Source: Pseudomonadota bacterium (lineage in GTDB: Bacteria > Desulfobacterota > Desulfobacteria > Desulfobacterales > JBDRRP01). From it: a stretch of DNA of 64,000 nt. Shown piece by piece: positions 10,848 to 19,833 of this stretch. The notes beneath the pieces were generated by a model. It was given only the letters and a program-made list of their open reading frames with translations, did no database searches and was not told the DNA's origin. Each line of letters begins with the position of its first letter. Positions within the stretch are counted from its first letter, which is position 1. A program made the translations under genes and the position numbers. The stretch covers positions 1 to 64,000 of the forward strand of contig JBDRRP010000105.1 in NCBI GenBank assembly GCA_043825735.1. The letters are read 5' to 3'.

Positions 10848-11591
10848 TCAGAATTCCGAGGCGCGTCCATAATAGCCGCCGTTGTTGGCCCGGATGATGT
10901 CGTCATGGCTGTTTTTGGACGTGAGCGGCCGGGCCGATTTCCCGTCGGGCCCCATGCTGTAGATATCGAAATCGGTGTTGATGGGCTTTGTGCCGTGGTA
11001 ACTTCGGAATTTGCCCACGCCGCTGTTTTCCTTCGCTGCCGCCTCATCCGCGGCTTCATCCTTAGCCGCTTTTTTATCCTGGCCCGTCACCTTCTCTTCA
11101 TCCTCAGCCGCTTTTTTCGCCTGGCCCGTCACCTTTTCGATTTCCTCCAAATCCAGGGAAATATTGGTGTATTGATAGGGATTGCCCCAGAGATCCAGCA
11201 TATTGCCCCGGCCGATATCGTCCAGGGACACCGGGTAGCGCTGATTGTCGACGAAATAGAGGTTGATTTCGCTTTCCAGCAGTTTTAGATCCGATAATGT
11301 TTTGACGACCTGCGCACGCTCGATATATTGTCGGTAGCTTGGGATGGCAATGGCAGCGAGCGCGCCGATCACAACGACAGCGATCAGCAGCTCCACCAGG
11401 GTGAAACCGACAACCTGGTGAAACCGCGCCAGGGCGCCGCCGGAAGGATCGGCATCCAGTGTCTCATCCGAAGCGGACGCACCGCCGGCAACTGCGTTAG
11501 CCTCAGGCAGGGCCTGATCCACCGCACCGCACCAGTCCAGAGCCGCGCGGTCCCCGGGATTGCATTCACTAGGGATAATCCGGCGTATCAT
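10848..11591 (-). CDS. Prepilin-type N-terminal cleavage/methylation protein (GspG-like pseudopilin)
   Basis: G|FTLVELLIAVVVIGALAAIAIP class III signal; DLWGNPYQY and FDIYSMGPDG GspG-like motifs; start uncertain. Confidence 0.85.
   Translation of the reverse strand: MIRRIIPSECNPGDRAALDWCGAVDQALPEANAVAGGASASDETLDADPSGGALARFHQVVGFTLVELLIAVVVIGALAAIAIPSYRQYIERAQVVKTLSDLKLLESEINLYFVDNQRYPVSLDDIGRGNMLDLWGNPYQYTNISLDLEEIEKVTGQAKKAAEDEEKVTGQDKKAAKDEAADEAAAKENSGVGKFRSYHGTKPINTDFDIYSMGPDGKSARPLTSKNSHDDIIRANNGGYYGRASEF
11055..11138. repeat. In-frame 42-bp tandem duplication in the pseudopilin gene
   Basis: Units 11055-11096 and 11097-11138, 38/42 identical. Confidence 0.9.
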
Positions 11592-11600
11592 GGATAACCG

Positions 11601-13664
11601 TCAGGCTTTTTTAGGGTAAGATGCATCCATACCGGTCGATATCCGTGGAAGAAAGATGCGAAATCGACTGCCGCCCCCCGGTTCCGTGCCCAGGGCGACA
11701 TATCCTTCGTGCGCTTTGACGATGCCCCAGACCACCGACATCCACAGCCCGCTGTCGATCCGTCCCAGGCGCTCTTTGAGAAAAAAGGGCTCAAAAAGCT
11801 GCTCCCGCTCTTCCGCACTCAGCGGCGGACCGGTTTCGGTAAAGGAAATCACGCCGTAGTCGCCGGCGGGAATGGTCTGGAAGTCCCGGATCTCCGATGA
11901 TAGACAAACCGCCTCGACACCCAGGGACACGGCGCCGCCGGCGCTGCCGATGTTGGCCACGCCGTAGTCCAGCAACCGCCGCATGATCTTGCACAAAAGC
12001 CCTTCGGTCCCCCGTACCCAGACCGGTTCCCCGGACGGACGCGTTTCAAAACGGATATCGGCCGGCAGCAGATGCACAATGTCCTCTTGGCCGACGCACC
12101 GGTCAAGGACCTGGTTGAGGTCCAGCAGGATGCGTTTTTGCATGTCGCCGCCGGCCAGGTGAAGCACATCCGTCACCACCGCTGCCGCTCTTTCCCCGGC
12201 CAGTTTGGTCCGCTCGATCTTTTCCCGGAAATCGGGCGAGAGCGGTCCGCCGACCGTCAATAGATAATCGGGATAACTCACCAGGCCCGACAGGAGATTG
12301 TTGAGCTCGTGGGCCATTTCTCCCGCCAGCACCCCGATGGCCTCCATTTTCCGGAGCCGATGGATGTGCTGTTGCATTTCGAAGCGCTCTTCGGCCAGAC
12401 GCTTCTGCTCGGAGATGTCCATAACGACGCCGCCGACCAGCGGCGGTTCGGTGTTTCGAAAAATCGGAAACCGGGTCGTTACATAGTAGGTTCTGGCGTC
12501 CCCCTGGCCGACGGTTTCAACGGTGCTCAGGGAAGATTTTCGCAGGCGTACGGACTGGTCGTTCTTCTCCATCTGCTCGGCCGTGGCCACTTCAAGAAAA
12601 TCGCGATCGCGGTATTCCAGGCAACCGGCCCGGTCCACGTTGAAAGTGCGGCAAAAAGCGTCATTGACGAAGAGATAGCGGCCCTTCTCATCCTTGATAA
12701 ATGCGGCGGCCGGCAGAAAACGCATGAACTGTTCAAACCGGTTTTCCTCAGCTTCCAGGCGTGCAAGGGACTGTTTCCGGGCTTCCGCCTCGCGAAGCAG
12801 CCTTTCTTTGATGCTCTCCAGTTGCCATCGACGCTGTTGCACCCGGTCTTCGAGGCGCAGCCGCGCGTTTTCGCGCTCGGCGGCAAGGCGGTGGGCATCG
12901 GTGACGTCTACGATAATGATGATATCGCCGGCAGCCCCCCCTTCGGGCGGACGCGCTCTCTTGACCCTGACCATGCGGTTTCTCAAGGGCAGCGCCTCCG
13001 ACAAACTGTCACCATTACCGGTGGTGCTCAAAAAATCGTTCAGGCGGGATTGCACCTCCGGGGCAAAGTGTTCCGTAAAGAGCGTATTGGTCAGACTTTC
13101 CAGAGGACGCCCCATGAGATAGGCGGCCGCGGTATTGGCGTACATGATTTTCCCGTCGTCAATCTCCACAACACCGTTGAAGACCGTGTTTAGCACTTCC
13201 TGCAGATGCTCGCGCCGCGCCAGCAGTTCAGTAGTGATGCGCCGCTTGAGCACATCTTCCATTCCCACTGTCATGGGGGACTCGGCCGAGGAGGCATCGG
13301 CAGCCGTCAGATCGGCCAGCACCTTGCGGACATTTTCGATCATGGTGCGCGTGGCCCCTTTAGCGAGAAAAAAGTCGGCACCGACATGGGCCAGGTCGAT
13401 GTCCACCTCCGAAGCCGCACCGGACATGAGCACGAGCCGGCAACTGTTGCAAGCCGGTATGCGGCGGATGATCCGGCACAGGGTATCTCCGCCCACACGG
13501 GGCATGATCAAGTCGATGAACGCGACGTCGGGAACGGTGGTGGTGATGATCTGGAGGGCGTCGTAGCCGTCTTCAGCAGATGAGACGCTATGGCCGGCGT
13601 CCTCGCAAAGACGGGTCAGCAGTTGGATAATGAGCGCGTTGCCATCGACGATAAAAACCTTCAT
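11601..13664 (-). CDS. Hybrid REC-PAS-PAS-histidine kinase with degenerate ATP-binding domain
   Basis: N-terminal receiver (PDVAFIDLIMP), two PAS regions, AHELNNLL H-box, LFEPFF F-box; N, G1 and G2 boxes diverged. Confidence 0.85.
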   Translation of the reverse strand: MKVFIVDGNALIIQLLTRLCEDAGHSVSSAEDGYDALQIITTTVPDVAFIDLIMPRVGGDTLCRIIRRIPACNSCRLVLMSGAASEVDIDLAHVGADFFLAKGATRTMIENVRKVLADLTAADASSAESPMTVGMEDVLKRRITTELLARREHLQEVLNTVFNGVVEIDDGKIMYANTAAAYLMGRPLESLTNTLFTEHFAPEVQSRLNDFLSTTGNGDSLSEALPLRNRMVRVKRARPPEGGAAGDIIIIVDVTDAHRLAAERENARLRLEDRVQQRRWQLESIKERLLREAEARKQSLARLEAEENRFEQFMRFLPAAAFIKDEKGRYLFVNDAFCRTFNVDRAGCLEYRDRDFLEVATAEQMEKNDQSVRLRKSSLSTVETVGQGDARTYYVTTRFPIFRNTEPPLVGGVVMDISEQKRLAEERFEMQQHIHRLRKMEAIGVLAGEMAHELNNLLSGLVSYPDYLLTVGGPLSPDFREKIERTKLAGERAAAVVTDVLHLAGGDMQKRILLDLNQVLDRCVGQEDIVHLLPADIRFETRPSGEPVWVRGTEGLLCKIMRRLLDYGVANIGSAGGAVSLGVEAVCLSSEIRDFQTIPAGDYGVISFTETGPPLSAEEREQLFEPFFLKERLGRIDSGLWMSVVWGIVKAHEGYVALGTEPGGGSRFRIFLPRISTGMDASYPKKA

Positions 13665-13831
13665 CGGGCTAGCGGTCCTTTAAAAAGCGGTATCACCCGA
13701 CGGAAGACGGTTTATCCCCCGCAGGGGTGGTTGTCCGCAGGCCTCCGGTCAGGAATGCCGCGTCCGGCGAGATCAGTTCGGGTGAAAATCGCCGGCTGCC
13801 GAGACCGTTCGCGATGACACAATTGATTGAC

Positions 13832-13860
13832 ATTTTAAGGCGGCGGCGAATAATTGTCAA
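13832..13860 (-). promoter_or_regulatory. Sigma70-type promoter for the kinase/pseudopilin operon
   Basis: TTGACA-17 nt-TAAAAT on the minus strand. Confidence 0.7.
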
Positions 13861-13897
13861 ATGCGTCGCAGGCCCTGAAATCGCCGACTGCCGACGA

Positions 13898-14061
13898 TGA
13901 TGATCCTGTAAAAACCTGGAATCTCTCGCGAAGTCGCAACGATCGCAAAGCTAACGCATTGATGATGATGCTTTTCTTGGCGCACTTGGCGTCTTCTTGT
14001 CGGGCGTAGCTCGCAGAGCGAAGCCTGATGCGGAAAAATTGCTTTTTTGCGAGTTTGTCAA
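13898..14061. repeat. MITE-like element (TGATGA..GTAAAAA / TTTTTGCGAG..TCAA ends) with nested GGGCGTAGCTCGCAGAGCGAAGCCTGA hairpin
   Basis: Related copies at 15117-15247 and 51808-51929 lack the inner hairpin. Confidence 0.7.
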
Positions 14062-14290
14062 CCGTGCGCGGCGTTGACAACAAAGTAAAATCTCTCTATG
14101 AATGCCACTCGACGCCCTGTCACCCCAACCTACGCATCCCTTGAGACAGACTGGAGATCATGGCACCCCGGCTCGCGTTCAAGCCCGACTGTGGAGATCG
14201 CCGCCGCCACCGAGGACACGGCGGCCTTTCTGCGGATTCTCAAAAAGGTGATATCGCGATGCGCCTGCTGAGCGCACTGGAGAGACGGCC

Positions 14291-14929
14291 GTGATCGTCT
14301 ATGCGATTGCCGACATCCACGGCCGCGCCGACCGGCTCACGCGCATCCGGGAGATGGTCCGTGAACACCGTCCCGACATCCTGGTGGCGGCCGGTGACCT
14401 CATGGACCGCAAAGACCCGGAACCCGTGGCCCGATGCCTGGGCAGCCTGGACCTGCCGGTGCTCCTGGTGCGCGGGAACACGGACCCGGCCGCGCACATG
14501 GCCCCCATCACCGCACTGCCCAACGTCACCGATCTTCATCTCAGCGCTGTCACGAGAAAAGGTTTCCGGTTTTCGGGTATCGGCGGCACGGTCATGCTGC
14601 CCCTGAGATCGCGCATCGCCTGGCGCGAGCGCGCGCTGCTCGAGGCCGCAGCCGCCCTGCTGACCCCTCAAACCGTGCTGGTGGTGCACCCGCCGCCGCG
14701 GGGCTGCAGGGATCGGGTCCTGGGCCGCATCCACGCAGGGTCCTCGGGTATCGCCGAGCTGATGCACCGGCATCATCCCCTGATGGTCATCTGCGGCCAC
14801 ATCCACGAGGCCGCCGGGGCAAAACAAGTGGAAGGCACCACCATCGTCAACTGCACCATGGGTGCCGGTGGCTCCGGGGCCATCATCCGTCTGGCGTCGG
14901 TGACCGGCCCGGAAGTTATCTTTCCCTAG
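14291..14929 (+). CDS. Metallophosphoesterase family protein
   Basis: ADIHG, AGDL, RGNTD, VHPPP, CGHIHE motifs. Confidence 0.9.
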   Translation: MIVYAIADIHGRADRLTRIREMVREHRPDILVAAGDLMDRKDPEPVARCLGSLDLPVLLVRGNTDPAAHMAPITALPNVTDLHLSAVTRKGFRFSGIGGTVMLPLRSRIAWRERALLEAAAALLTPQTVLVVHPPPRGCRDRVLGRIHAGSSGIAELMHRHHPLMVICGHIHEAAGAKQVEGTTIVNCTMGAGGSGAIIRLASVTGPEVIFP

Positions 14930-14938
14930 CGCGTACCC

Positions 14939-15542
14939 GCCTTCGCCAAGGCTACGGCGGACAAGACGGCGGGATGACAGAAAGTCTAAAACCGATTGAC
15001 TCGCGCAGAGGCGCTGAGGCGCTGAGAAAAGCGAACGTCGAATGATGAATGAAAAGACCAACTACCAAACGCCGATCCGGTGGCTGTCGATGGGGTATTA
15101 ATTCGACGGTCAGCGTTTATGGCCCCGTAAAAAATCCGAATCTCTCGCACTCCAAAGATCGCAAAGCTAACAAATTGATATTAAAATTGTTTTTCTTGGC
15201 GTACTTGGCGTCTTTGCGAGAAAATTGCTTTTTTACGGATTCATCAAATATAGAGCCTTCTCTCACCTATTGGGAAAAAGGGTTCGAGGGGCCAAAGGTT
15301 TGTACGCTGTTGTTGTAAGGCGGGCGCGTACTTTTGCGGCTGGTAGCCGATCCACGCACCCTGTTGGAGACTCGGTCAAAACACATACGCATGGCGGCGG
15401 CCCAAAGGCCTGGGCCGCAACGTATCAGAGTGTTTTCTCTGTTGTTCTTCGCTTGGACCCTTGCCCCCTTGAACCCTCGAACCCTTGGACCCTCGACCCC
15501 TTGGACCCTATCCATCGATCAACTTTTTGGGAGATGCTTCAA
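14939..15542. repeat. About 600-bp array of several repeat families between convergent genes
   Basis: GCCTTCGCCAAGGCTACGGCGGACAAG; GCGCAGAG units; element 15117-15247; GGTTCGAGGGGCCAA / CCCTCGAACCCTTGGA units shared with 18186-18358. Confidence 0.7.
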
Positions 15543-15543
15543 T

Positions 15544-15885
15544 TTATAGAAACACAACCTGATGCACCTGGCGCTGGCGGACGAGCCAGTCGCGCACCAC
15601 GCGCCGGCGGCGCTCGCCGCGCACGGGCGATACCCGCGACACCCACTGCCCGCCGGGCAGCCGGGCGTGCCGGTAGGCGATAAGATCACCGGAAACCACC
15701 GCGTAGCGGCACCCACCCGTCCCGCAGCACGATGTCTCCACCACGCCGTAGCCTTCAAAAACCAGTACTTCAGCCCCCTCGATGCTGAATCGGTGCTCGT
15801 GGGTGAGCATATAGTGGCCGCCGATAGCCTCGATGGTGCGGTTGAGCTCCGGGTGAGGATAGTCGATGGCCTCAGAGGGTATCAT
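15544..15885 (-). CDS. Hypothetical protein with SCCGTGGC motif
   Basis: Protein-like composition; last co-oriented gene after the SDR; GGAG RBS. Confidence 0.7.
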   Translation of the reverse strand: MIPSEAIDYPHPELNRTIEAIGGHYMLTHEHRFSIEGAEVLVFEGYGVVETSCCGTGGCRYAVVSGDLIAYRHARLPGGQWVSRVSPVRGERRRRVVRDWLVRQRQVHQVVFL

Positions 15886-15937
15886 TTGTGAAATTCTCCC
15901 GATCCGGCGGCGTGAAGTTACCTCCCCCGTCACCGGA

Positions 15938-16714
15938 TTACTTCCCGGTCCCTGAAAACGCCAGCAGCTTCGCCAGCGGGCGCTTCAAAAACGGGACCGC
16001 CCAGTTGCTGAATGCCAAAAGCCGCATCATGGCACCGACCTTCCAGTGCAGTTTTTTCCGGTGGGCCGCCACCCAGACCACCTCGGCCACCTGCCGGGGG
16101 GTGATGTGGACGCCCAGCCGCGACACGCTGGTGGCCGCCCGGGAAGCGCCGGTGATCATCGGCGTGGCCACATAAGGCGCCATCACGTCGCAGACATGGA
16201 TTCCCAGCGATTCAAATTCGATGTTGAGCGCTTCGGTGAGGGCGCCCACCGCCGCCTTGGTGGCCGAGTAGACAGCCAGCTCCGGGGTCCCGTAGAGCGC
16301 CGACGCCGACGACATGCTGATGATCCGGGCGCCGGGGGTTTTCATAAGCAGGGGCAGGCAGGCGGCGATGCCGGTGAGAACGCCGGTGAGATTGACATCC
16401 ACCGTCCGCGCCTGCGCCGCCAGGGGGATGCTGTGATGGTGGCCCATGAAAAGAACACCGGCATTGTTGAACAACACATCCAGCCGCCCTCCGGTGCGCG
16501 TGGCCATGAGATCGGCCGCCTGCCGCAGGCTTTCTTCGCTGGTGACGTCTGCCTGAAGACAGCAGGCGCGCTCGCCCCCGATCTGCTCACACAACCCGAT
16601 GAGCGCCGATTCGGCGACATCGAAAAGGCCGACGAACCACCCCCGCTCAGCAAACAGCAGCGCCGTTTCCCTCCCGATCCCGGAAGCGGCACCGGTAATG
16701 AAGATGCTTTTCAT
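15938..16714 (-). CDS. Short-chain dehydrogenase/reductase
   Basis: TGAASGIG, NNAG, YSATK catalytic motif. Confidence 0.93.
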   Translation of the reverse strand: MKSIFITGAASGIGRETALLFAERGWFVGLFDVAESALIGLCEQIGGERACCLQADVTSEESLRQAADLMATRTGGRLDVLFNNAGVLFMGHHHSIPLAAQARTVDVNLTGVLTGIAACLPLLMKTPGARIISMSSASALYGTPELAVYSATKAAVGALTEALNIEFESLGIHVCDVMAPYVATPMITGASRAATSVSRLGVHITPRQVAEVVWVAAHRKKLHWKVGAMMRLLAFSNWAVPFLKRPLAKLLAFSGTGK

Positions 16715-16746
16715 GGTGGTCCAATCCTTTCGGCGTCCATGTCGTC

Positions 16747-16861
16747 ATCGATATCGCTATCGGGATCGACCTTGAAAAACATCGATTTCGATCCCGATTT
16801 CGATCCCGACCCCGATAAGATCTTGGCGATCAAACGGAACATTATTCTGACAAGTACGCTA
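16747..16861. repeat. ATCG-hexamer repeat element, copy 1
   Basis: Same orientation and high similarity to 19660-19787 and 21575-21701. Confidence 0.85.
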
Positions 16862-16880
16862 TCTCACAGAAAACGCCCGC

Positions 16881-18119
16881 TTATACCTTTTCCAGGATAT
16901 GAATACACATGGCGGCCTCCTCCACGCCGATGTTGCCGCCGCCGTTTTCCGCCAACCCCAGCCGGGCGCCGGCCACCTGCCGCTTGCCGGCGTCGCTGCG
17001 CAGCTGGCTGCCGATTTCAAAAATCTGCGCCAGCCCCGAAGCACCGATGGGATGGCCGCGGCATTCGAGCCCCCCGCTGGTGTTGACCGGCTGCTTGCCG
17101 CCGAGCCGGGTGGCGCCGGTTTCGGCCCACGGACCGCCCTCGCCCATAGGGCAAAAGCCCATGGCTTCGGTCTGGTGAAGCTCACCGTAGGCGGTGGCAT
17201 CGTGAAGTTCGGCCAGGCTGATGTCGGCAGGACCGACACCGGCCATCTCGTAGGCCTTCCGGGACAGACGCGCGCCAATGTCCTCGCCGTCCAGATCCCG
17301 GTCGGTGCCGCTGCCCAATACCGAGGCGCGGATCTTTACCGGTCGAACCCCGGTGAGCTTTCGCAAATAGGCTGCCGAGCAGACGATGGCCGCCGCTGCG
17401 CCGTCTCCCACCGGTGCGCACATGGCGCGCGTGAGCGGATAGGCCACGGGCTTATCGGCCAGCACCTCGGCCACGCTCATATCCTGCTGGTACTGGGACA
17501 GCGGATTCAAGGATCCGTGCCAGTGGTTCTTGGCGCAGATCACGGCCAGTTGCCGCTGGGTGGAGCCGAACCGGCTCATATGCCAGCGCGCGCCCATGGC
17601 ATAGGCATCCATGAAAATGCTGCGCCCCTCTCCCGGCGGGCCCTGGTCGGCCGGGATCTCTACGGTAAAGCTTTTGTTCACCTGCGCCATCATCCTCAGA
17701 TGGGCCTCGAAATTGCCCACATCCATGCACGAGGCATAGGCCCCCAGCGAGAGCGCCTTGTTGGGGTGGGTGATCTTCTCCGAGCCCAGGGCCAGGGCCA
17801 CATCGACCATGCCCGCGCGGATGGCGGTGTAGGCCAGGTGAAGGGCTGTTGAGGCCCCCGCGCAGGCGTTTTCAACGTTGGTGACGGGAATGGCGTCGAT
17901 GCCCATGGACCGCAAAATCACTTGGCCCCGGATGGAATGCTGGTTGGCGAACATCCCCCAGAAGGTGTTGGCAAAATAAGCGGCCTGGATGTCCCTCTTT
18001 TCGAGCCCCGCATCGGCGATCGCCAGATCGGTGGCCTCGTGGGCCATGTCCCGTACGTCCCGGTCCGGATACTTTCCAAAACGCAGCATCCCCAACCCGA
18101 TGATGTAGACGTCTGTCAT
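16881..18119 (-). CDS. Thiolase, SCP2-thiolase/lipid-transfer type
   Basis: VENACAGAS, ELHDAT, GHPIGASG, ENGGG; lacks the C-terminal CxG of classical thiolases. Confidence 0.9.
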   Translation of the reverse strand: MTDVYIIGLGMLRFGKYPDRDVRDMAHEATDLAIADAGLEKRDIQAAYFANTFWGMFANQHSIRGQVILRSMGIDAIPVTNVENACAGASTALHLAYTAIRAGMVDVALALGSEKITHPNKALSLGAYASCMDVGNFEAHLRMMAQVNKSFTVEIPADQGPPGEGRSIFMDAYAMGARWHMSRFGSTQRQLAVICAKNHWHGSLNPLSQYQQDMSVAEVLADKPVAYPLTRAMCAPVGDGAAAAIVCSAAYLRKLTGVRPVKIRASVLGSGTDRDLDGEDIGARLSRKAYEMAGVGPADISLAELHDATAYGELHQTEAMGFCPMGEGGPWAETGATRLGGKQPVNTSGGLECRGHPIGASGLAQIFEIGSQLRSDAGKRQVAGARLGLAENGGGNIGVEEAAMCIHILEKV

Positions 18120-18185
18120 ATTGGTATCCCTTTCAGATGGCGGTTGGGCGTCATGTCATTGATCTTCCATAGCGTTGGGTGAGAC

Positions 18186-18358
18186 TCAGGGTCCAAGGGT
18201 CCGAGGGTTCAAGGGGCCAAGTGAACGTCAACCGCGCTTTAATGGAAATCGGCCACGCGATCGAAACAGTGCCCCTAAAACCAAAGCAATGGGGGCTCCT
18301 GTTGTGAAAGCGGTTTTTCACTTGAACCCTTGACCCCTCGAACCCTCGAACCCTTTTT
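18186..18358. repeat. Inverted short-unit repeat element (GGGTCCAA/GGTTCAAG ... CCCTCGAA)
   Basis: Left and right clusters are complementary; related to 15278-15510. Confidence 0.75.
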
Positions 18359-19582
18359 TCATAAATGATGCGCCGCCGTGATCATCAGTGAATCGTTGGC
18401 GCCGTCTTCGATCATGCCGGCGCGCGCGTCCCTGAAAAACTTCTCCAGCGGGTACTCCCGGCTCACCCCGCTGCCGCCGAAGATCTGCACCGCATCGCTG
18501 GCCACTTCAAAAGCGGTGTTGGTGCAAAAGACCTTTGAGGCGATGGAATATTCTATGGCCGGCGGGGTGTTGTTGTAGTTGTAGATCATGGCCGCCCGGG
18601 AAAGGGCGCGCGCGGCTTCGATCTTCATGAACATGTTAAAGAGCTTGTGCTTGATCATCTGGTGCGAAAAGAGCGGCTTTCCACCCTGGATGCGCGCTTT
18701 GGCATATGCAAGGGCTTCTTCATAGGCGGCCCGGGCCACGCCCACAAACAGCGCGCCCATGGCGGCATTGGCGGTCGAAAGGGTGACGTCCAGCATGGCC
18801 TCGTAGCTTTCCGCGTCCACCAGCATGTATTCCCTGGGAACCCGCACGCCGTCGAAGAAGATTTCCCCCTGGTTCAGGGCGCGCTGGCCCATCTTGTCCA
18901 GGGGCCGCCCTTTCTTTACGCCGGGAAGATCCAGGGGCACGATACAGATCCCGCCGCCGGCCATCCCTTTGGCGGCGTCGATGGTGGGATAAAGAAGGCA
19001 ATGGGTGGCGATGGTGCCGTTGGACACCCAGGCGGCTTTTTGCCCGTCGATGACGTACTCGTCCCCGTCCAGGCGCGCCCGCGTCTGCCCGCTGATGTTA
19101 GGATCGGCAAAGGCCGGCGTGAACGGACACAGGGTGTCGGTGCCGTGATCGGGTTCGGTGATCCCCCAGCAGCCGATGATGCTGGCATCGGTGCAGCTGC
19201 AAAAGGGTTCGATGATCTCTTCGATGAGCCGGTCAGAGGGGACCATTGAGGCAAAAAACGCCGGGAAACAGGAAATGCCCAGGCCGATGGCAAAATCGAC
19301 GCTCCCCCAGGCGAGCTCTTCCAGAACGATGTGGGTTTCGATGGGGTCGGTGGCCAGGCCACCGTAAGTGTCCGGTAGGAAAATGGTGTGATAGCCCAGC
19401 GCGTAACCCTTTTTCATGGTGCTCCAGAACAAGGGGCTGTCGATGACCGCTGCCGGGTCGTGGATTTTGTCCAGTTCCAGACTCGCCGGCCGCAGCACCT
19501 CCTTGGCAAACCGGTGGGTCTCTTCCTTCATGACGCTCTGGGCCTTTGTCAGCTCGATGTTGAGATCCGTATAACCAGTCAT
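18359..19582 (-). CDS. Acyl-CoA dehydrogenase
   Basis: ITEPDHGTD, GQKAWVSNG, DKMGQR, AVQIFGGSG, MIEDGAND. Confidence 0.93.
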   Translation of the reverse strand: MTGYTDLNIELTKAQSVMKEETHRFAKEVLRPASLELDKIHDPAAVIDSPLFWSTMKKGYALGYHTIFLPDTYGGLATDPIETHIVLEELAWGSVDFAIGLGISCFPAFFASMVPSDRLIEEIIEPFCSCTDASIIGCWGITEPDHGTDTLCPFTPAFADPNISGQTRARLDGDEYVIDGQKAAWVSNGTIATHCLLYPTIDAAKGMAGGGICIVPLDLPGVKKGRPLDKMGQRALNQGEIFFDGVRVPREYMLVDAESYEAMLDVTLSTANAAMGALFVGVARAAYEEALAYAKARIQGGKPLFSHQMIKHKLFNMFMKIEAARALSRAAMIYNYNNTPPAIEYSIASKVFCTNTAFEVASDAVQIFGGSGVSREYPLEKFFRDARAGMIEDGANDSLMITAAHHL

Positions 19583-19659
19583 GATCGTCTCCTTGGCAGC
19601 GGGTTTTACTTGAGCTTTATGGATATCCGTAAAACGTTAAATTTTAACAGCGCGACGCC

Positions 19660-19787
19660 GGGTGACCATCGAAATCGGTATCGCTATCGGTATCGGCCGT
19701 TGAAACAATCGATATCGATCCCGATATCGATCCCGACCCCGAGATGACCCGGGGATGAAACGAAACATTATTCTGACAAATACTATA
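19660..19787. repeat. ATCG-hexamer repeat element, copy 2
   Basis: Similar to copies at 16747 and 21575. Confidence 0.85.
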
Positions 19788-19833
19788 GATGATCGCCTGT
19801 CGTAAGGCGCCCGTCATATCATCTCGCTGTTCA

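Noticed and set aside
10848..11591. Complete type II secretion or type IV pilus system
   Set aside because: Only one pilin-like gene; no other components in the window
14098..14271. 57-codon ORF before the phosphoesterase
   Set aside because: No RBS, and its ATG lies within the predicted -10 box
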